The notes under the pieces are model-generated. The model was not told the DNA's origin, ran no database searches, and was given only the letters and a program-made list of their open reading frames with translations. The translations under genes were made by a program, and so were the position numbers. From the NCBI GenBank assembly GCA_964291295.2, contig OZ219754.1, positions 1,376,001 to 1,440,000 of the forward strand: a DNA stretch of 64,000 nucleotides. Reading direction: 5' to 3'. The first letter of the stretch is position 1. Every line of letters starts with the position of its first letter. The DNA is from an uncultured Candidatus Binatia bacterium. Its GTDB lineage: Bacteria > Desulfobacterota > Binatia > UBA9968 > JAJDTQ01. Shown here one piece after another: positions 57,953-64,000 of this stretch.

Positions 57953-59077
57953 ATGAACCGTTACACGAGTTTCGTTGGCATTTCGTTGGCACAATGCTGC
58001 TCGCGCTGGTTCTGGCGACCGCGCCCGCGGAGGGCCAGCAGCCGCCTCCGGAGCTGTCCGCCGAGGCGCTGATCGATACCGCGCGGGCGGCCTTGGCAAA
58101 GGGCGAGCCGGAAGACGCCGCGTTCCTGCTCGACGGTGTGAAACCGGGCGAGGGGAACCCCGACGATCTCGACTTTCTGCGCGGCTCCATCGCGATGCAG
58201 CGCGGGGAGTGGCAGGAGGCGATGGCACGGTTCCGGGCGATGCTGGCGCGCAATCCCGATCTGCCCCGGGTGCGGCTCGACTTGGCGTTGGCCTATTTTC
58301 AGGCAGAGGATGACGGCAATGCGGCCTGTCATTTCCGCCTGGCGCTGGGTGCGAAGGACCTGCCCGAGACGGTGCGCGCCTCGGCGCTCGCCTTCCTCCA
58401 CCGCATCCGGCGGCGCAAGCGATGGTCGGTTACCGGCTCGGTGGCGGTTGTGCCCGACACCAACAGCAACGCCAGGACCGATGCCCGGGAGATCCTCCTG
58501 TTCGGCCAGCGGGCCACGCTGTCGGAGGATGCGCGCCGGACCAGCGGCGTCGGGGTGACGGTCAGCCTGTCGGGCGGTTACGAAGGGCGGATTTCGCCCG
58601 ACCTGCGGTTCCGGGTCGGCGGCGGGCTCCGGACGCGAACCTGCCGGGAGAGCGATTTCAACGAACAGATCGTCGAACCTGTACGCCGGGCCGCGCTTCC
58701 TGTTCGACAAGTTCGACCTGCGTCCCGACGTAACCGCGCGGCAGCGCTGGCTCGGCGGCACCGCCTGCAGCTTGGCGCTGGGTATCGGGCTTTCGGGCGG
58801 GGCAGACATGGCGGCTGGGCGCGTCGCTCAGTCGCGAGCGGATCGACTACGAGGAGGGCAATCTCGGCGAGGGCAACCTCGATTCCGTCGGGCTCAACCT
58901 CACCCATGCGCTGGACAAGGCGACGCTGTTGCGGGCCGACATCACATGGAGCAGTGAGACGCTGGACCTGGACCCCCATTCCTGGCGTGAGTTCCTCATC
59001 GGATTGACGGTTTCACGCGAGTTGCCCCCGGGCTTCGTGGCCAGCGGGGGGACCACTTGGTTCTTGGCAGATGGCTC
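57953..59077 (+). pseudogene. Slam-like (TPR plus beta-barrel, DUF560) outer membrane exporter; frameshifted and truncated by IS copy B
   Basis: TPR segment FRAMLARNPDLPRVRLDLALAYF, VPDTNSN, SGVG; continues in other frames (LYAGPRF..RQRWLGG; WRLGASLSRERIDY..SRELP). Confidence 0.72.
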
Positions 59078-59771
59078 AGCATATTCCAACAAGAAGATGA
59101 GCCTGTGCAGGGGGCCGCGGGAGGGTTGAGGGAGGCAGAGTGGAGGAGTTGCCTCGTGAGGGTAATCCATGAGCTGTTTTCGGGAGAGGTTTCTGGAAGA
59201 GACAGGGTATCGGAGGGGGTGCGGAGGGGAGAGGAAGTGATCAAGGAGAGTGGTCGATGGAGAGGAAGAGGTGGTTGCGGGCGGCGTTGAGGGCACGTGC
59301 GGCTTGCAGGCGGCTCGTGGCGTGGGCTTGGGCGTCGAGGGTGGCGAAGGAGATGCCGGGTTTGAGCGAGGCTGCGGCGTCGGGGAGGGAGCGGAACCTG
59401 GCGTAGGGGGTGCAGACGTCGCCGGGGCGATAGACGCGCTGGATGGAGCCGGGGTGCTGGGAGGGGAACAGACAGGGGCGGTGGTAGTTGAGGAAGGGGG
59501 AGATGTGCTGGCGGAGGAAGGCATCGAGCAGGGGGCGAAGCGCGTGGGCATGGCCGAGGAAGCGTCGCAGGACGTGGGCATTCTTGCTTTCGACAAGGGA
59601 GTTGTCGGTGGAACGCCGTGGTCGGGACTTGGTGAAGTCTCGGACATGCAGTTTGTTGAGGAGTGTGGTTGATGTACTCCGAGCCATTGTCGGCATGGAA
59701 ACCGAGGATGACGAAGGAAAACAGGCCGATTCGCTTCACGCTTTCAGGCTCACTTTGCATTGGACAAGACT
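59078..59771 (-). mobile_element. Internally deleted IS, copy B (C-terminal half of the same transposase family)
   Basis: GFHADNGSEYINH, FTKSRPRRSTDNSLVESKN, FLNYHRPC, TPYARFRSLP; same terminal sequences as 54837-55606. Confidence 0.82.
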
Positions 59772-59936
59772 GGGTTTCGCCAGGGCGCGAGAAATGTTGT
59801 AAGCTCGGTGATCCGGGGCCGCCCCGGGTTCGGTGCCCGGCCTCGGTGCCCGGCCTGAGGCTTGGGCGGCGTTGCCGCCGTCAGGCCCGAACCGACAACT
59901 CGGCGAGTACCGAGAGTGGAAAGCGAGTCGCGAGTG

Positions 59937-61100
59937 ATGTTCGACAAGGCCAAGCGCATCCAGGAGTTGCCGCCGTATCTGTTCGCCGAGATCGACCGGA
60001 AGAAGCGGGCCGCACTGGCAAGGGGAGTGGATCTGATCGACCTGGGGATCGGCGACCCGGACCTCCCCACGCCCGGAAGGATCATTCAGCGGCTTGCGGA
60101 GACCGCCGCCGAACCGGCCAACCACCGCTATCCCAGCAGTGCGGGCATGATGGCGTTCCGCCAGGCGGTGGCCGACTGGTACGGGCGTCGCTTCGGCGTG
60201 ACCCTGGACGCCGCCACCGAGGTGGTTTCGCTCATCGGCTCCAAGGAGGGGGTGGCCAACATGGCCGTGGCCTTCGTGGACCCCGGCGACGTGGTGCTGG
60301 TGCCCACTCCCGCCTATCCGGTGTACGAGATCGGCACCCGATTCAACGGCGGCGAGGTCTTCTCGCTGCCGCTGCGGCGCGAGAACGGCTTCCTGCCCGA
60401 TCTGTCGCGCATCCCCGGGGACGTGCTCGAGCGGGCGAAGATGCTGTGGCTCAACTATCCCAACAACCCCACCGGCGCGGTGGCGGACGAGCGTTTCCTC
60501 AAGGACGCGGTGGATTTCGCCCGCCGCCACCGGATCGTCCTGTGCCACGACGCCGCCTACACGGAGCTTGGCTTCGACGGCTATCGCGCCCCCAGCATCC
60601 TGCAGGTGGAGGGTGCGAAGGACGTTGCCATGGAGTTCCATTCGCTGTCGAAGACGTTCAACATGACCGGCTGGCGCATCGCCATGGCGGTGGGCAACCC
60701 GGAACTGGTGGGAACCTTGGCCCAGGTGAAGTCCAATGTCGATTCGGGGGTCTTTCAGCCCGTGCAGCAGGCGGCCATCCTCGCCCTCGAGCACGCGGAG
60801 GATTTTCTCGGACCCATTCGCGAGGTCTATCAGGAGAGGCGGGACACCTTGATCGATGGACTCCAGCGGGCGGGCTTCGAGCTCCCGCCGCCCCGGGCCA
60901 CGTTCTACGTCTGGCTGCCCGTCCCCCACGGATGGACATCCACGGCCTTCACGGCCCGTCTTCTCGACGAAGCCGGCATCGTCACGACTCCGGGCAACGG
61001 CTTTGGCGAACCCGGCGAGGGTTTCATCCGGATGACGTTGTGCTCTCCCGCCGACCGTCTCGAGGAGGCCGTGGAACGGCTCCGGCGGGTCAGCCTGTAG
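59937..61100 (+). CDS. dapL: LL-diaminopimelate aminotransferase
   Basis: LPPYLFAEID, LGIGDPD, LIGSKEG, NYPNNPTG, DAAY, EFHSLSKTFNMTGWR. Confidence 0.88.
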   Translation: MFDKAKRIQELPPYLFAEIDRKKRAALARGVDLIDLGIGDPDLPTPGRIIQRLAETAAEPANHRYPSSAGMMAFRQAVADWYGRRFGVTLDAATEVVSLIGSKEGVANMAVAFVDPGDVVLVPTPAYPVYEIGTRFNGGEVFSLPLRRENGFLPDLSRIPGDVLERAKMLWLNYPNNPTGAVADERFLKDAVDFARRHRIVLCHDAAYTELGFDGYRAPSILQVEGAKDVAMEFHSLSKTFNMTGWRIAMAVGNPELVGTLAQVKSNVDSGVFQPVQQAAILALEHAEDFLGPIREVYQERRDTLIDGLQRAGFELPPPRATFYVWLPVPHGWTSTAFTARLLDEAGIVTTPGNGFGEPGEGFIRMTLCSPADRLEEAVERLRRVSL

Positions 61101-61110
61101 CGGCGGGACC

Positions 61111-61623
61111 GTGCCGCATCGCGCCTACATCGGGGTGGGCTCGAACCAGGGGAACAGGGAGGCCAACTGCCGCCGCGCCGTCGGCGAGATCGGACGGATG
61201 CCGCAAACCCGTGTGCGGCAGGTTTCGACATGGTTCACCACCGAGCCGTGGGGCGCGGCCAGCACCCAATGGTACGTCAACGGCGTCGTGGCGGTGGACA
61301 CCGGACTGCAACCGCGGACCCTCCTGCAACACTGTCAGGCTCTCGAGAGAAAGATGGGCCGCCGACCCAGCCCGCGGCGCTGGACGGACCGGGTGATGGA
61401 TCTGGACATCCTCTTTTTCGATGATATGGTTCTGGATGGAGCGGACCTGACCATCCCGCACCCGGAGCTTCACCGGCGCCGGTTCATGCTCGTTCCGCTG
61501 TGCGAAATCGCGCCGGACCTGGAACACCCGCGTCTGGGAAGCGATATCCGGGGGCTCCTGGCCCGGGTCGAGGACGACAAGCGGGTCCGCAAGGCAGCCT
61601 CCGCCGGGGGCGCCGGCCATTGA
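61111..61623 (+). CDS. folK: 2-amino-4-hydroxy-6-hydroxymethyldihydropteridine diphosphokinase
   Basis: YIGVGSNQG, RVMDLDILFF, LTIPHPELHRRRFMLVPL. Confidence 0.95.
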   Translation: MPHRAYIGVGSNQGNREANCRRAVGEIGRMPQTRVRQVSTWFTTEPWGAASTQWYVNGVVAVDTGLQPRTLLQHCQALERKMGRRPSPRRWTDRVMDLDILFFDDMVLDGADLTIPHPELHRRRFMLVPLCEIAPDLEHPRLGSDIRGLLARVEDDKRVRKAASAGGAGH

Positions 61624-61636
61624 CCGCGGCACTGCC

Positions 61637-61870
61637 ATGTTCCTCAGGTTCCTGATACTGGGTTTGCTGGTCTATCTGTTCCTGGTGCTGCTCTACTCGG
61701 GCATCCGGCGCAAGGGCAGGGGAGACGGCGCCGACGCGTCCCGGGGCGAATCCATGGTGCTCGACCCCCACTGCAAGAGCTACGTCCCCAGGAACGAAGC
61801 CTACCGTTCGCACGGCCACTACTTCTGCAGCGAAGCGTGCGCCCAGGCCTACGCCGGCCCGCAGGGTTAG
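61637..61870 (+). CDS. Small membrane protein with a TRASH/YHS-like metal-binding motif
   Basis: N-terminal TM helix; MVLDPHCKSYVP...HYFCSEAC. Confidence 0.75.
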   Translation: MFLRFLILGLLVYLFLVLLYSGIRRKGRGDGADASRGESMVLDPHCKSYVPRNEAYRSHGHYFCSEACAQAYAGPQG

Positions 61871-61937
61871 GCCGCATTCATTCCTCCGGCAGCGGCCCGT
61901 GGAGACCCCTCTCCACCCGGCCCGCGGCTTGGCACGC

Positions 61938-62507
<570 letters not shown>

Positions 62508-62520
62508 GTCCTGTTCCGCG

Positions 62521-64000
62521 CTACCGCTCTTTCCGCCAGGCTTCCGCCAGTTCCATGGCCTTGAGCATGCCGCGCGCCTTGTTGAGGGTCTCTTCGTACT
62601 CGGCGGCCGGATCGGAGTCCGCCACGATGCCGGCGCCGGCCTGAATGACGGCCTTGCCGTCGTGAACGGTCATGGTGCGGATGGCGATGCAGGTGTCCAG
62701 ATTGTTGTCGAAGCTCAGGTAGCCCACGGCGCCGGCGTAAAGCCCCCGCCTCTGCGGCTCCAGTTCGCTGATGATCTGCATGGCCCTGACCTTGGGCGCT
62801 CCCGAGACTGTCCCGGCGGGGAAGCAGGAGCCGAGCAGGTCCAGCGGCGTCTTCCCGCGCGCCATCTCGCCCTTGATGTTGGAGACGATGTGCATGACGT
62901 GGGAATAGCGCTCGATGGTCATGAGCTGGTCCACCTCCACCGAGCCGACCCTGGCCACCCGGCCCACGTCATTGCGTCCGAGGTCCACCAGCATGATGTG
63001 CTCCGCCCGCTCCTTGGGGTCGGCCAGCAGCTCCGCCTCCAGGTCCCGTTCTTCCTTGGCGTCCCGGCCGCGCGGCCGGGTGCCGGCGATGGGCCTCAGC
63101 TCGATGTGCCGCCTGGTGAGGCGGACGAGTATCTCCGGGGAGGAGCCGATGATCTTGAGGTCGTCCAGTTCCAGGAAGAACATGTAGGGGGAAGGGTTGG
63201 TGAACCGGAGGGCGCGGTAGATCTCGAACGGCTCGACCCGCGTGCGCGCCTCCAGCCGCTGGGACAGAACCACCTGGATGACATCCCCCGCCGCGATGTA
63301 CTCCTTGCCCTTGCGCACCATGTCGTGGAAAGCCTGCGGCGTGACGTTGGAGCGGTACCGGACGCTGGATCCGGAACCGGTGAGGCTCCGGGCCTCCAGG
63401 GTCTTGGGTGATTTCCGCAGCGAGGAGCGCAGGTTCTCGATGCGGGAGACGGCGTCGCCGTAGAGGGCCCGGAGGCGTGCGCCCTTTTCGATGACAACGT
63501 TGTCGATGATGGTGATGGTGTGCTTGAGGTTGTCGAAACTCACCAGGGTTCGCACCAGCAGAAAGTAGACGTCGGGGAAGCGGCTGGCCCGTTCCCGCGC
63601 GTTGGCAACCCCGTGCAGCCTCTCCACGGCGTCGTAAGCGACGTAGCCCAGCGCACCGCCGGTGAAGGGAAGGTCCGGCAACACGGTGGCGGGCCGGTAT
63701 CCCGCGACGATCTCCGCCAGCGCCTCCAACGGGTTGTCGCAGGTCCACGACTCCGTCTTCCCCCCGCGCCTGCCCTCCCCCCGCGTGATCTCCACGTCGC
63801 GGCCCCATGCCCTGAAGACCAGTTCGGGCGCCGTGCCCAGGAACGAATAGCGCGCCCAGCGCTCGCTGCCTTCCACGCTTTCCAGCAGGAACGCGTGGCG
63901 GCTCTTCCTGAGCCGGTTGTAGAAGGATACCGGGGTCTCGAGGTCCATCAGGGTCTCTTCGCAGACCGGCACCACGTTGCCCTGTCTGGCGAGTTCCGCG
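62521..64000 (-). CDS. trpE: Anthranilate synthase component I (5' end outside the window)
   Basis: LLESVEG, NPSPYM, PIAGTRPRG, EHIMLVDLGRND, GTVSGAPKVRAM, QAGAGIVADS; frame open to the window end. Confidence 0.95.
   Translation of the reverse strand, partial: AELARQGNVVPVCEETLMDLETPVSFYNRLRKSRHAFLLESVEGSERWARYSFLGTAPELVFRAWGRDVEITRGEGRRGGKTESWTCDNPLEALAEIVAGYRPATVLPDLPFTGGALGYVAYDAVERLHGVANARERASRFPDVYFLLVRTLVSFDNLKHTITIIDNVVIEKGARLRALYGDAVSRIENLRSSLRKSPKTLEARSLTGSGSSVRYRSNVTPQAFHDMVRKGKEYIAAGDVIQVVLSQRLEARTRVEPFEIYRALRFTNPSPYMFFLELDDLKIIGSSPEILVRLTRRHIELRPIAGTRPRGRDAKEERDLEAELLADPKERAEHIMLVDLGRNDVGRVARVGSVEVDQLMTIERYSHVMHIVSNIKGEMARGKTPLDLLGSCFPAGTVSGAPKVRAMQIISELEPQRRGLYAGAVGYLSFDNNLDTCIAIRTMTVHDGKAVIQAGAGIVADSDPAAEYEETLNKARGMLKAMELAEAWRKER

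Noticed and set aside
44995-59936. attR duplicate of the tRNA 3' end, prophage genes, or a reverse transcriptase/DGR explaining lipoprotein variability
   Set aside because: None seen by eye in this window

Overview
High-GC bacterial chromosome segment. Gene order and protein style resemble deltaproteobacteria-like lineages (inference; no search was run). 1-21.5 kb holds the end of rpoB, rpoC and the str/S10/spc/alpha ribosomal-protein cluster. The cluster lacks tuf, rpmD, adk and infA at their usual positions, and rplF carries a 1-bp frameshift. 21.5-44.9 kb is housekeeping: SPOR protein, trpD-trpC-trpF-folC-lptD-secretin, rarA, ffh-rpsP-khpA-rimM-trmD(fusion)-rplS, groES-groEL, ldcA-serine hydrolase-mpl, an IscA/ErpA protein, a Zn-dependent oxidoreductase, rsmD, coaD and an initiator-like tRNA-Met. 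45.0-59.8 kb is an accessory region starting right after the tRNA. It contains a decayed AAA/zeta-like ATPase, a class II Fic gene with a perfectly symmetric six-half-site operator-like array, cysD-cysNC, an orphan amino-acid binding protein, a subtilase lipoprotein and a NYN nuclease. It ends in a cassette bracketed by two complementary internally deleted copies of one IS. That cassette holds a TTGACA-GT-G15-TAAAGT promoter (candidate phase variation), an IS5-type MITE, a TbpB-like surface lipoprotein and a disrupted Slam-like exporter. 59.9-64 kb: dapL, folK, a small membrane protein, trpG and a partial trpE.
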